From: Candidatus Limnocylindria bacterium
GTDB lineage: Bacteria; Chloroflexota; Limnocylindria; P2-11E
Length of the DNA stretch: 64,000 bases
Direction of reading: 5' to 3'
Assembly (NCBI GenBank): GCA_036002305.1
Contig: DASYTL010000039.1
Coordinates: forward strand, 185,604 to 249,603
The position numbers and the translations under genes are program-made. Under the pieces are notes generated by a model. That model was not told where the DNA came from, ran no database searches, and worked only from the letters and a program-made list of their open reading frames with translations. This document shows positions 18,812 through 26,787 of this stretch, in pieces (the stretch's first letter is position 1; every line of letters begins with the position of its first letter).

Positions 18812-18845
18812 GAGGCCCGCCGAAAGGCGGGCCTCTTCCATTTCC
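18812..18845 (+). terminator. Intrinsic-terminator-like hairpin after the zinc-ribbon gene
   Basis: GAGGCCCGCC-gaaa-GGCGGGCCTC is a perfect 10-bp stem with a GNRA-type loop, followed by TTCCATTTCC. Confidence 0.6.
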
Positions 18846-18997
18846 TAGGATCTTTCACCGAACGTTGACCGGGGAGGGCTCGCTCGCACGCTCGCCGGCG
18901 TTGCGTCAGCCCGCTTGTCCTACGTACGATGCCCGCGCCTGGCGACGTGAGAAGGGGAGCCAAGCCAGAGCCTCTGGGTTGGTGACGGAGGTACGGA

Positions 18998-20734
18998 GTG
19001 CTCCCCGCTCGCGCGCTGGCACTCGCACTCGCGATCTTCACGTTCCTCCTCGTGGCCCCGCCCGCTCCCGCCCGCGCCGCAGCGCCGGTCCCGTGCTCGA
19101 CGTCGGGCACATGGACACCCGGTGAGCTGAACCTCTACTGGCTCGACGTCGAGCAAGGCGACGGTCAGCTCATCATCGGCCCGACCGGTAAGACTCTGCT
19201 CATCGATCTCGGCGAGACGGCCTGGAACTCGACCGGCGCGAACACGAATGCCACGCGCATCGGCGCCGCGATCCGCGCGATCTGCGGCACCGGCACGAGT
19301 CCGGTCGCGCTGGACTACGTCATGGCATCCCATCACCACCTCGACCACATCGGCTACGCCTGGAACCCGCAGGACGCTCCCGGCGCCGTCGGCAACGGCC
19401 TGTACCAGCTCCTTACGCCTGGCGGCCTGGGCTTCTCGGTCGGCACGCTTTTCGACCACGACGGAGGCGCGTGGACCGACGCGAATGGCGACGGCCAGTG
19501 CACCGTCGGCACGTCGGCGAACCCCTCGAGCGAGATCGCGTGGCACAACGTGGGCACGACCTCGCAGACCGCGCGGCGCTGGATCTGCTGGCTGCACGGG
19601 CCCGCCACGCAGGCCGATCGCGCGACCATCAACGGGCACATCGTGACGCTCACGAACGCAGTCCCCTGGCCGAGCATCGACCTCGGGGCGGGCGTCACGG
19701 CGACGATCCTGAACGCCAACGGCAAGGACACCATGCAGGCGGACGGTGTGACCCCGGTCAGCGGGGACCACTCGGCGCAAGCGACGCCGCCCTCGGAGAA
19801 CGACTACTCGATCGCTCTGAAGGTGAGCTACGGCGTCTGGATATACGCGACCGCCGGCGACTCGGACGGCGAATACAACACCAGCCCGAACGGGTACACC
19901 TACAACAACATCGAAGCGAAGATCGGACCGCTCTTCGGCAACGTGGACACCATGCGGGCGAACCACCACGGAAGCGACCACTCCTCGGGTCAGAGCTACA
20001 TCAACGCGCTCAGGCCCGAGACGGTCTTCTTCCCGTGCGGCACGAACAGCTACGGCCATCCCTCGAACCGCGCGATGGACGCGCTTCGCTCGCTCGTGAC
20101 CGACCAGGGCGTTGGCGCCGACATGTACATCGCCAACAACCCGTGTGACCCGGTGCAGTCGGACGGCGTGACGCCGACGAATTACAGCGGGGTGCTGAAC
20201 GCCAACGGCAACGTCTGGCTCCGCACGACGGGGGCCGGCACCGGCTACGTCATCACCTACGACGCGGGATCGCGGACCTACACCGCGTACGGCAACGCCG
20301 GCGGCGGAGCGTCCGGCGATCCCGCGCTCGTCCGCATCAACGAGTTCCTCATGGCCCCGAATCCGACAAGCGACGGCGAGTGGGTCGAGCTCTTCAACCC
20401 GCAGAGCGTCGCGGTCGACGTGAGCGGCCTCTATGTCGACGACGTCGCCGCCGGCGGGGGCGCGCCCAAGCAGATCCCCGCGGGTACGGTCATCCCGCCT
20501 GGCGGGCTCTGGGTCATGACCGTCGCTTCGGGCTTCTTCAACAACACCGGCCCGGACGACGTCCGCTACCTGCGGATCGCGGGATCAGAAACCGTCTACG
20601 ACAGCTACCACTACGACCTCGGGACGACGCAGTACAACAAGGTCTTCCATCGGATCGGGAACGGCGGCGCGTGGTGCAACACGATCTCCACGAACGTCAC
20701 CAAGGGAACGGCCAACCCGACGGCGTGCCCGTAG
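18998..20734 (+). CDS. Secreted metallo-beta-lactamase-fold hydrolase (ComEC/Rec2-type MBL domain) with C-terminal lamin-tail domain
   Basis: Signal peptide (LALALAIFTFLLVAPPAPARAAAP). MBL segment YWLDVEQGDGQLIIGPTGKTLLIDLGE...MASHHHLDHIG is typical of the ComEC C-terminal nuclease-like domain. C-terminal LTD signature (LVRINEFLMAPNPTSDGEWVELFN). GGAGG lies 7 nt upstream of the GTG start. Confidence 0.7.
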   Translation: MLPARALALALAIFTFLLVAPPAPARAAAPVPCSTSGTWTPGELNLYWLDVEQGDGQLIIGPTGKTLLIDLGETAWNSTGANTNATRIGAAIRAICGTGTSPVALDYVMASHHHLDHIGYAWNPQDAPGAVGNGLYQLLTPGGLGFSVGTLFDHDGGAWTDANGDGQCTVGTSANPSSEIAWHNVGTTSQTARRWICWLHGPATQADRATINGHIVTLTNAVPWPSIDLGAGVTATILNANGKDTMQADGVTPVSGDHSAQATPPSENDYSIALKVSYGVWIYATAGDSDGEYNTSPNGYTYNNIEAKIGPLFGNVDTMRANHHGSDHSSGQSYINALRPETVFFPCGTNSYGHPSNRAMDALRSLVTDQGVGADMYIANNPCDPVQSDGVTPTNYSGVLNANGNVWLRTTGAGTGYVITYDAGSRTYTAYGNAGGGASGDPALVRINEFLMAPNPTSDGEWVELFNPQSVAVDVSGLYVDDVAAGGGAPKQIPAGTVIPPGGLWVMTVASGFFNNTGPDDVRYLRIAGSETVYDSYHYDLGTTQYNKVFHRIGNGGAWCNTISTNVTKGTANPTACP

Positions 20735-21171
20735 CGCCCCGGCTCGCGTTCCTCGTCGCGGCCGCCGGCCTTCTGGCCGGCGGCTGCGCCGCCTCTACGC
20801 CCAGCCAGTCCATCGTCATGGTGAGCGGGCGCGACGACCACGGCCTCCTCGAACGACCGGCGATCGCGCTCCAGCGCTCGCCAACCGACCAGACGGTGGT
20901 TGGGAGCGCGCAGGACGGGACCTTCGTTCGCGTTGTCCGCGAGGAAGGCTCGTGGCTGCTGATACGGACGTTCGTCTCGCCGATCGGAGAGGGCTGGGTG
21001 AACGACCACGATCTTCGCGCCGTTGCCGTGCTCGACGGTCGCACGCGGGTGCGCTTTCGGGACGCGCGCCTCCGGGACGACGGCGTCGTCGAAGTGCTCA
21101 TCGTTCCCGTCGATGGTGGCGCAGAGGTGTGGGTGAGCGGGCGGCGCCTGCGGGAGGTCGGCGCCGGTTAG
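20725..21171 (+). CDS. Lipoprotein with SH3b-like domain
   Basis: The in-frame GTG at ~20725 gives a lipobox-containing signal peptide (LLAGGCAAS) followed by an SH3b-like segment (DGTFVRVVREEGSWLLIRT). It overlaps the end of the upstream gene by ~10 nt. Confidence 0.5.
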   Translation: MPVAPRLAFLVAAAGLLAGGCAASTPSQSIVMVSGRDDHGLLERPAIALQRSPTDQTVVGSAQDGTFVRVVREEGSWLLIRTFVSPIGEGWVNDHDLRAVAVLDGRTRVRFRDARLRDDGVVEVLIVPVDGGAEVWVSGRRLREVGAG

Positions 21172-21581
21172 AAGCCCTGCGCGTATACGCGCCCGATCGG
21201 CACGCGATAGGTGATCCGGTGCTGCTTGCTGAAGTTGTTTCGCATGGCCTCATCGGCCTTCCGCTCGTCGCCGTAGTAGCGGTCGGCGAGCCGGCGGATG
21301 TCGGCATGGGCCCTAGCCTGGTCGTGGTCGATCTTCGCGCGGCCATCGATCCGCACGAACCGGTAGCCCTCGGGGACCATCACGCTGATGCGGGGATCGG
21401 CGGCGAGATTCCGGTCCTTGAGACGACCCTGCGCGCTATTGAGGACGATCTCGTCCCCGTCGAGCACGTACCACATGACCGCGAGATGGGGAGAGCCGTC
21501 CGGGTTCCGCGTTCCGACGACGGCGAACCGCTTCTCATCCAGGAACTTGCGCTGCTCCGGTGTGAGCTCCGAGCGCGCCAT
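21168..21581 (-). CDS. PPOX-class (pyridoxamine-5'-phosphate-oxidase-like split barrel) putative F420-dependent enzyme
   Basis: The internal ATG (MARSELTPEQRKFLDEKRFAVVGT) gives a ~138-aa protein of typical family size. Its start overlaps the cofE stop (TGATG). Confidence 0.7.
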   Translation of the reverse strand: MARSELTPEQRKFLDEKRFAVVGTRNPDGSPHLAVMWYVLDGDEIVLNSAQGRLKDRNLAADPRISVMVPEGYRFVRIDGRAKIDHDQARAHADIRRLADRYYGDERKADEAMRNNFSKQHRITYRVPIGRVYAQGF

Positions 21582-22330
21582 CAGCGGAACATATCCCGCG
21601 CGGCCGGCCGGACGTACTTGCGCGCAGTCTCGTCGCTCGGGTCGAAGGTCAGGCCTCGGACGATCGCGACCGGGCAACGGTCAAGTTTGCCCATCACGAG
21701 CTCGGCGGCGGCGGCGATCTCGTCGGCGACGGCGATCTCGGTGACCCGCAGCTCATAGCCCTGGGGGTCGCGCTGCCCGACGTAGCGCTTCAACGCCGGC
21801 AGCCCGGCGATGCCGATGGCGACGTTCGTGTGCCCTTCTCGCCACGCCCGGCCGAAGGTATCGGTGATCACCACGCCCACCTTGGCGCCCGCGCGCTCCC
21901 CGAGCTGGTCGCGGATGCGCGCCGCGGACGCGTCGGGGTCGACCGGGAGCAGCACCACGCTGTCCGGTGCGCCGGCGTTCGAGCGATCGACGCCGGCGTT
22001 CGCGCACACGAAGCCGTGCCGGGTCTCGCTGATCAGAACCCCGCGCTCCCAGCGCACGATCTTCGTGGTCTCGGAAAGCACGACCTCGAGCTGGCGGGGA
22101 TCCTTGCCGGATTCCTCCGCCATGCGCAGCGCCCGCTCCCCCGGGACGACGTCGGCGAGCCGAACGACGCGGCCCTCGCTCTTCGAGACGACTTTTTGGG
22201 CGGCCACCACGACGTCGCCATCCACCAGCCGCTCCTGCGCGGCTGCGAGCGAGGTGAGGAGGAGGCCGACGAGATCGTCGCCCGGTCGCACCTCGGGCAT
22301 CCCGTGGACCGCGATGATCGAGAGCGTCAC
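21581..22330 (-). CDS. cofE: Coenzyme F420-0:L-glutamate ligase
   Basis: Matches the CofE/FbiB N-terminal domain along its whole length (SKVVSKSEGR; LLPVDPDASAARIR; VVITDTFGRAWREG; TEIAVADEIAAAAELVMGK). GTG start. Confidence 0.9.
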   Translation of the reverse strand: MTLSIIAVHGMPEVRPGDDLVGLLLTSLAAAQERLVDGDVVVAAQKVVSKSEGRVVRLADVVPGERALRMAEESGKDPRQLEVVLSETTKIVRWERGVLISETRHGFVCANAGVDRSNAGAPDSVVLLPVDPDASAARIRDQLGERAGAKVGVVITDTFGRAWREGHTNVAIGIAGLPALKRYVGQRDPQGYELRVTEIAVADEIAAAAELVMGKLDRCPVAIVRGLTFDPSDETARKYVRPAARDMFR

Positions 22331-22355
22331 GGAGCCGTAGTCTTCACGACGCTAA

Positions 22356-23354
22356 GTGTTAACGCTCGGCTGGAAAGCGTCCGCGGAGCAGTTCGACCCC
22401 AAGCGGCTTCTCGACTACGCGGTGCTCGCGGAGGAGCTTGGCTTCGACAGCATCGCCGTGAGTGACCACTTCCATCCATGGCGCGACACCGGCGGCCATG
22501 CACCGTTCGCGTTCGCGTGGCTGGGTGCGGCCGCCGCGCGCACCACCCGAGCGCGGCTCGGCACGAGCGTGGTCACGCCGTCCTTCCGCTACCACCCCGC
22601 GATCGTCGCGCAGGCCATGGGGACCATCGCGTGCCTCGCGCCTGGACGCGCCTTCCTCGGGGTCGGCAGCGGCGAGTCGCTGAACGAGACCCCGCTCACC
22701 GTGAGCGAATGGCCTGAGCCAGGCGAGCGACTGCGCCGCCTGCGCGAGGCGGTGCGGCTGATCAAGACGCTCTGGTCCGACGACTACGTGACCTTCGAGG
22801 GGAAGTACTTTCGCACCAGAGACGCGAAGATCTTCGACAAGCCGGCGTCACCTGTTCCGCTGCTCATCGCGGCGGGCGGGCCGCAGGCGGCAACACTCGC
22901 CGGCCGCGATGGCGACGGCATCATCGTGACGAGCGGAAAGGGCACCGAGCTCTACCGCGACACACTCCTTCCCGCGATGGATAAGGGCGCGCGCGAGGCG
23001 GGCAAGGACCTCGCGAAGCTCGAGCGGATGATCGAGATGAAGGTCAGCTACGACCACGATCGCGCCCGCGCGCTCGAGGACACGAGGGAGTGGGCGGCGC
23101 TCGCGCTCCCGGCCGAGGACAAGGTCGGCGTCGACGATCCGCGCGAGATGGAGCGGCGCGCGAAGGCCGCGGAGGACCGCGCGCACACGCGCTTCATCGT
23201 GTCGGCCGATCCGGATGAGCACCTGTCCACGATTCAGCCGTACCTCGACTGGGGCTTCAGACACCTCGTCTTCCATTTCCCGGGGCAGGATCAGGCGCGC
23301 GCCATGCGCCTCTACGCGCAGGAGATCCTTCCCAGGCTGCGCGCGAAGGCGTGA
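22356..23354 (+). CDS. fgd: F420-dependent glucose-6-phosphate dehydrogenase
   Basis: Near-colinear with mycobacterial Fgd1 from memory (LGWKASAEQF; VSDHFHPWR; GGHAPFAFAW; GVGSGESLNE; HLVFHFPGQDQ). It sits 25 bp from cofE, divergently. Confidence 0.9.
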   Translation: MLTLGWKASAEQFDPKRLLDYAVLAEELGFDSIAVSDHFHPWRDTGGHAPFAFAWLGAAAARTTRARLGTSVVTPSFRYHPAIVAQAMGTIACLAPGRAFLGVGSGESLNETPLTVSEWPEPGERLRRLREAVRLIKTLWSDDYVTFEGKYFRTRDAKIFDKPASPVPLLIAAGGPQAATLAGRDGDGIIVTSGKGTELYRDTLLPAMDKGAREAGKDLAKLERMIEMKVSYDHDRARALEDTREWAALALPAEDKVGVDDPREMERRAKAAEDRAHTRFIVSADPDEHLSTIQPYLDWGFRHLVFHFPGQDQARAMRLYAQEILPRLRAKA

Positions 23355-23773
23355 AGCTCGGGGCGCGCTCGCGAAAGCTCCTCGTGGAGGGTCGTGTCGC
23401 GCACCTCGCGACCGCGGACCAGTACGCGCGCCCGCACATCGTGCCGATCGTCTTCGCGTGGCAGGATGTCTACGTCTTCACGCCGATCGACCGGAAGCCA
23501 AAGTCCGTGAGCGACTGGCGCGACCTGCATCGCGTACGGAACATCGAGGCGAACGGCCGCGTGAGCGTCGAGGTCGACGAGTACAACGAGGACTGGACGC
23601 GACTCGTCTGGGTCCGTGTGGACGGCACCGCCGAGATCCTCACGAGCGGCGCGGCACATGACCTGGGCATCCAGCTCCTCGAGGCGAAGTACCCGCAGTA
23701 CGAGCGGCTCCCGCTCGAGGACGCGCCCGTCGTGAGGATCACGATCGAGCACGTCTCCGAGTGGCACGGCTGA
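23351..23773 (+). CDS. PPOX-class F420-dependent enzyme (Rv1155-like split-barrel family)
   Basis: 140 aa. GTG overlaps the fgd stop (GTGA). Split-barrel pattern (VAHLATADQYARPHIVPIVF...VRVDGTAEI). Confidence 0.75.
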   Translation: MKLGARSRKLLVEGRVAHLATADQYARPHIVPIVFAWQDVYVFTPIDRKPKSVSDWRDLHRVRNIEANGRVSVEVDEYNEDWTRLVWVRVDGTAEILTSGAAHDLGIQLLEAKYPQYERLPLEDAPVVRITIEHVSEWHG

Positions 23774-23790
23774 CCTAACATCCGCGTCTC

Positions 23791-24792
23791 ATGGAGTTCG
23801 GGTTCACCCTGAAGCCGGACCACTCGCTCGAGCGGGTCGCGTCGCTCACCCGCCTCGCGGAGTCCGCGGGCTTCGCGTACGGCTGGCTCTTCGACAGCCA
23901 CGTCTTGTGGAAGGAACCGTACGTCCTGCTCACGCTGATGGCTCAGAACACCAAGCGGATGCGTCTCGGCACGTGCGTCACGAACCCGGCGACACGCGAG
24001 CCGTCCGTCACCGCGAGCGTGCTCGCCGTGCTTCAGGAGCTCTCCGGCGGCCGGATGGACCTCGGGATCGGCCGCGGCGACTCGGCGCGGCGGGTCCTCG
24101 GCAAGAAACCCACGGACCTCGCGATGCTCGAGGAAGCGACCAACGTCATTCGCGATCTCTGCGAGGGCCGCGAGGTCACCTATGAGGGGACGAAGCTGCG
24201 TTTCGACTGGGCGCCGAAGCACCGCCTGCCGGTCTGGATCGCGGGCTACGGGCCGAAGGCGCTCGAGGTCACCGGGCGGGTCGCCGACGGCGCGATCATC
24301 CAGCTCGCCGACCCGAGTCTCGTCGCCTGGTGTATCGGGCTGCTCCGCGACGGCGCCCGGAAGTCAGGGCGCGATCCGTCCGCGCTCGCCGTGATGGTCG
24401 CGGCGCCGGCGCACATCGGGCCGCGCGACAAGGTGCGCGATCGCGTTCGCTGGTTCCCCGCCCTGGTGTCGAATCACGTCGTCGATCTCGTCAAGCGCTA
24501 CGGCGAGAAGGGACTGCCCCCCGACCTCACCGCCTACGTGCGCAACCGGCCGGGCTACGACTATCAGCATCACGCCGAGTCCGGATCGTCGAACGCCGCG
24601 TTCGTCGACGACGAATCGGTCGACCGCTTCTGCGTCACCGGCGAGGTCGACGAGCACATCGCGAAGCTCCGCCAGCTCGCGGCGATCGGCGTCCGTCAGT
24701 TCAACATCTACCTCATGAGCGGCGAGGAGGAGCGGATCCTCGAGGTCTACGGCGAGCGCATCATCCCCGCGCTCGCGCGGGTCGCGGCCTAG
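23791..24792 (+). CDS. LLM-class (luciferase-like monooxygenase fold) F420-dependent oxidoreductase
   Basis: 333 aa. TIM-barrel LLM pattern (GWLFDSHVLW...GIGRGDS...VWIAGYGPKA). Its TAG stop coincides with the IS481 target site. Confidence 0.85.
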   Translation: MEFGFTLKPDHSLERVASLTRLAESAGFAYGWLFDSHVLWKEPYVLLTLMAQNTKRMRLGTCVTNPATREPSVTASVLAVLQELSGGRMDLGIGRGDSARRVLGKKPTDLAMLEEATNVIRDLCEGREVTYEGTKLRFDWAPKHRLPVWIAGYGPKALEVTGRVADGAIIQLADPSLVAWCIGLLRDGARKSGRDPSALAVMVAAPAHIGPRDKVRDRVRWFPALVSNHVVDLVKRYGEKGLPPDLTAYVRNRPGYDYQHHAESGSSNAAFVDDESVDRFCVTGEVDEHIAKLRQLAAIGVRQFNIYLMSGEEERILEVYGERIIPALARVAA

Positions 24793-24793
24793 C

Positions 24794-25813
24794 TGAGGTC
24801 TCCCCAGACCTGAGTCACAAATAGAGCCCCCCGACTAGGGTGGAGGTGTTCGGCCAACACCAAAGTCGGAGGGGCTTCTATGTACCGTACCGCACGCCTG
24901 TCCCCGCGGACCCGAGCGTTCCTCGTCGACGAGGCCTCGCGAATCGGTCCATCGCGCACGGCCCACAACAACGGCACGAGCCGACGCACGGTGTACCGCT
25001 GGCGCCGTCGTCAGGGTGCGTACGACGATCGCAGCTCGCGGCCGCACCGCTCGCCGCGGCGCACACCCGATCCCATCGAAGCGGCGGTGCTTGGGCTGCG
25101 CCTGGAGCTGCGCTGGGGTCCGGATCTGCTTGGACCGTACCTCGATCTGCACCCGAGCACCGTCCATCGGATCCTGCGGCGTCATACCGCCAACCGTCCG
25201 GTGCGGCTCTTTCCCAAAGCGCCGCGCAGCTTCGGCCGTTTCGACATACGCCAGCCCGGCGAGCTGGTGGCTATGGACATCAAGAGCATGGGCCGACTCG
25301 AGCGTGGCGGCGGTCGCCGGCCGGGCCGGCCCGGCGCAGGACAGCTCAAGGTCGGCTGGCAACACCTGCACGTCGCGATCGACCTCGCCAGTCGCGTGGT
25401 CTACGCCGAGCTGCGTGCCGGGATGGGCAAGGCCGACACGATGGCCTTCCTCGCGCAGGCGCTCGCCTTCTTCTTCGACGCCAAGGGCATCCGCGTGCGC
25501 CGCGTGCTCACCGACAACGGCTCCGGGTACAAGCGCAGCTTGAGCGAGCGCTGCCAGACGCTCGGGCTACGGCAAACCCGCACGAAGCCCTACCACCCCT
25601 GGACGAACGGGCGGGTCGAGCGCTTCATCGGCACGATCCAGCGCGAGTGCCTGTACGCGGGTGAGCTCCACAGCGACGAGGAGCGCGCGCTTGTCATCGC
25701 CCTCTACCTGGCCTACTGCAACTCCGAACGACCCCACACCCGACTCGGTGGACTGCCGCCGCTCGAATGGCTAGGTCAGTGACGGGGGTGACCGATGTCT
25801 GGGGAGACCTCAA
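24794..25813 (+). mobile_element. IS481-family insertion sequence (~1.02 kb) with terminal inverted repeats and CTAG(C) target duplication
   Basis: Left end ctagcTGAGGTCTCCCCAGAC and right end GTCTGGGGAGACCTCAActagc form a 16-17 bp perfect inverted repeat. CTAG(C) is directly repeated at both borders (~24790-24794 and ~25814-25818). A single DDE transposase ORF lies inside. Confidence 0.85.
24880..25782 (+). CDS. IS481-family transposase (N-terminal HTH + DDE integrase core)
   Basis: 300 aa with an rve-type core (MDIKSM..., LTDNGSGYKS, KPYHPWTNGRVERF) typical of IS481/IS3-like integrases. Confidence 0.9.
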   Translation: MYRTARLSPRTRAFLVDEASRIGPSRTAHNNGTSRRTVYRWRRRQGAYDDRSSRPHRSPRRTPDPIEAAVLGLRLELRWGPDLLGPYLDLHPSTVHRILRRHTANRPVRLFPKAPRSFGRFDIRQPGELVAMDIKSMGRLERGGGRRPGRPGAGQLKVGWQHLHVAIDLASRVVYAELRAGMGKADTMAFLAQALAFFFDAKGIRVRRVLTDNGSGYKRSLSERCQTLGLRQTRTKPYHPWTNGRVERFIGTIQRECLYAGELHSDEERALVIALYLAYCNSERPHTRLGGLPPLEWLGQ

Positions 25814-25823
25814 CTAGCGCGTC

Positions 25824-26492
25824 TCACGAAGGCGCCTCGGCGCGTGTTCTCCTCGCGTGACCTTTGCCACCGGCGGCTCGCCTTCGCTCCTGGAACCGGC
25901 GGGCCTTCGCCCGATTCCCGCAGTCGCTCATGTCACACCACCGTCGCGAATGATTGCGGCTGCGGTCGAGGAAAACCCACTCGCATGTCTCCGACGCGCA
26001 CTCCTTCACCCGTTCACGATCGGCCGAGGTGAGGAGCTCCGCCGCCGACCGAGCGATCGCCCAGAGGGGACGCTCCAGGTCGGCGCTGTCCGACGGCAGC
26101 GACCAGCCCACGCCGTCGCGGTCGTACACCAGCCGGGAGCGTGCCGCACCGGCGGCCGCGGCATCGCCGATCAGGGCGAGGTCGGCCTCGCGTGGCGCCT
26201 CGCCCGACGCCAGCGCGGAGAACACGGCCCAGATCGCCTCGCGCAGCGCGATGCCGAGCTCGAACACGGCACTCGCTCGCGTCGGTTCGTGGCCCGCCCT
26301 AGTGACGAGGCGCTTCGCCACGTCTGGCCGAAGGCTGCCCGCGAGGACCGCGAAATCGACCATATCCCCGTACCCCTGCAGGTGGTCGTGGCTCGGCCAG
26401 ACGTGGCTCCCGCCGATGGTGTTGGCGAAGTCGAGCGCCAGCGCTCCGCCGAAAAGCTCGATGGGGTGATCGGCCGGGGGAATGTCGCGCAT
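25824..26492 (-). CDS. CGNR zinc-finger protein (ABATE domain + zf-CGNR), putative stress-responsive regulator
   Basis: C-terminal RRWCDMSDCGNRAKARRF is the diagnostic CGNR zinc-finger motif. 222 aa. Confidence 0.85.
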   Translation of the reverse strand: MRDIPPADHPIELFGGALALDFANTIGGSHVWPSHDHLQGYGDMVDFAVLAGSLRPDVAKRLVTRAGHEPTRASAVFELGIALREAIWAVFSALASGEAPREADLALIGDAAAAGAARSRLVYDRDGVGWSLPSDSADLERPLWAIARSAAELLTSADRERVKECASETCEWVFLDRSRNHSRRWCDMSDCGNRAKARRFQERRRAAGGKGHARRTRAEAPS

Positions 26493-26583
26493 CTAACGCT
26501 CTAACCTCTGTTGACAGGTTAGTGGGCAGCGGTAGTCTCGTCAACGTAACCTACGTTTAATCTAAGAGTGGTTGGAGGCGTTT

Positions 26584-26787
26584 ATGATGGAGGTTCTGAT
26601 CGTCGTCGGAGCGCTCGTGGCGCTGGATATCGCGGCCTACTTCTTTGGCGCGGACAGCCGTGAGCTGGTCGCCCCCGACCAGCACGACCGCGCGATGGTC
26701 GCGCGACGGCGCGGCGACCTCGGTTACCGGGCCGAGCTCACGGACTTCGAGCGCCACGTCCGCCGGACCAGCGCCATCCGCCTCTAG
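26584..26787 (+). CDS. Small single-pass membrane protein (hypothetical)
   Basis: The 67-aa product starts MMEVLIVVGALVALDIAAYFF. GGAGG lies 5 nt upstream of ATG 26584. A TTGACA(16 nt)TAGTCT promoter-like sequence lies at ~26520-26550. Confidence 0.4.
   Translation: MMEVLIVVGALVALDIAAYFFGADSRELVAPDQHDRAMVARRRGDLGYRAELTDFERHVRRTSAIRL

Noticed and set aside
26492-26572. Inverted-repeat-like segments (AACCTCTGTTGACAGGTT; GTTGAC...GTCAAC) upstream of the small membrane-protein gene as an operator
   Set aside because: The repeats are imperfect and overlap a plausible -35/-10 promoter. There is not enough symmetry to call a regulator-binding site.
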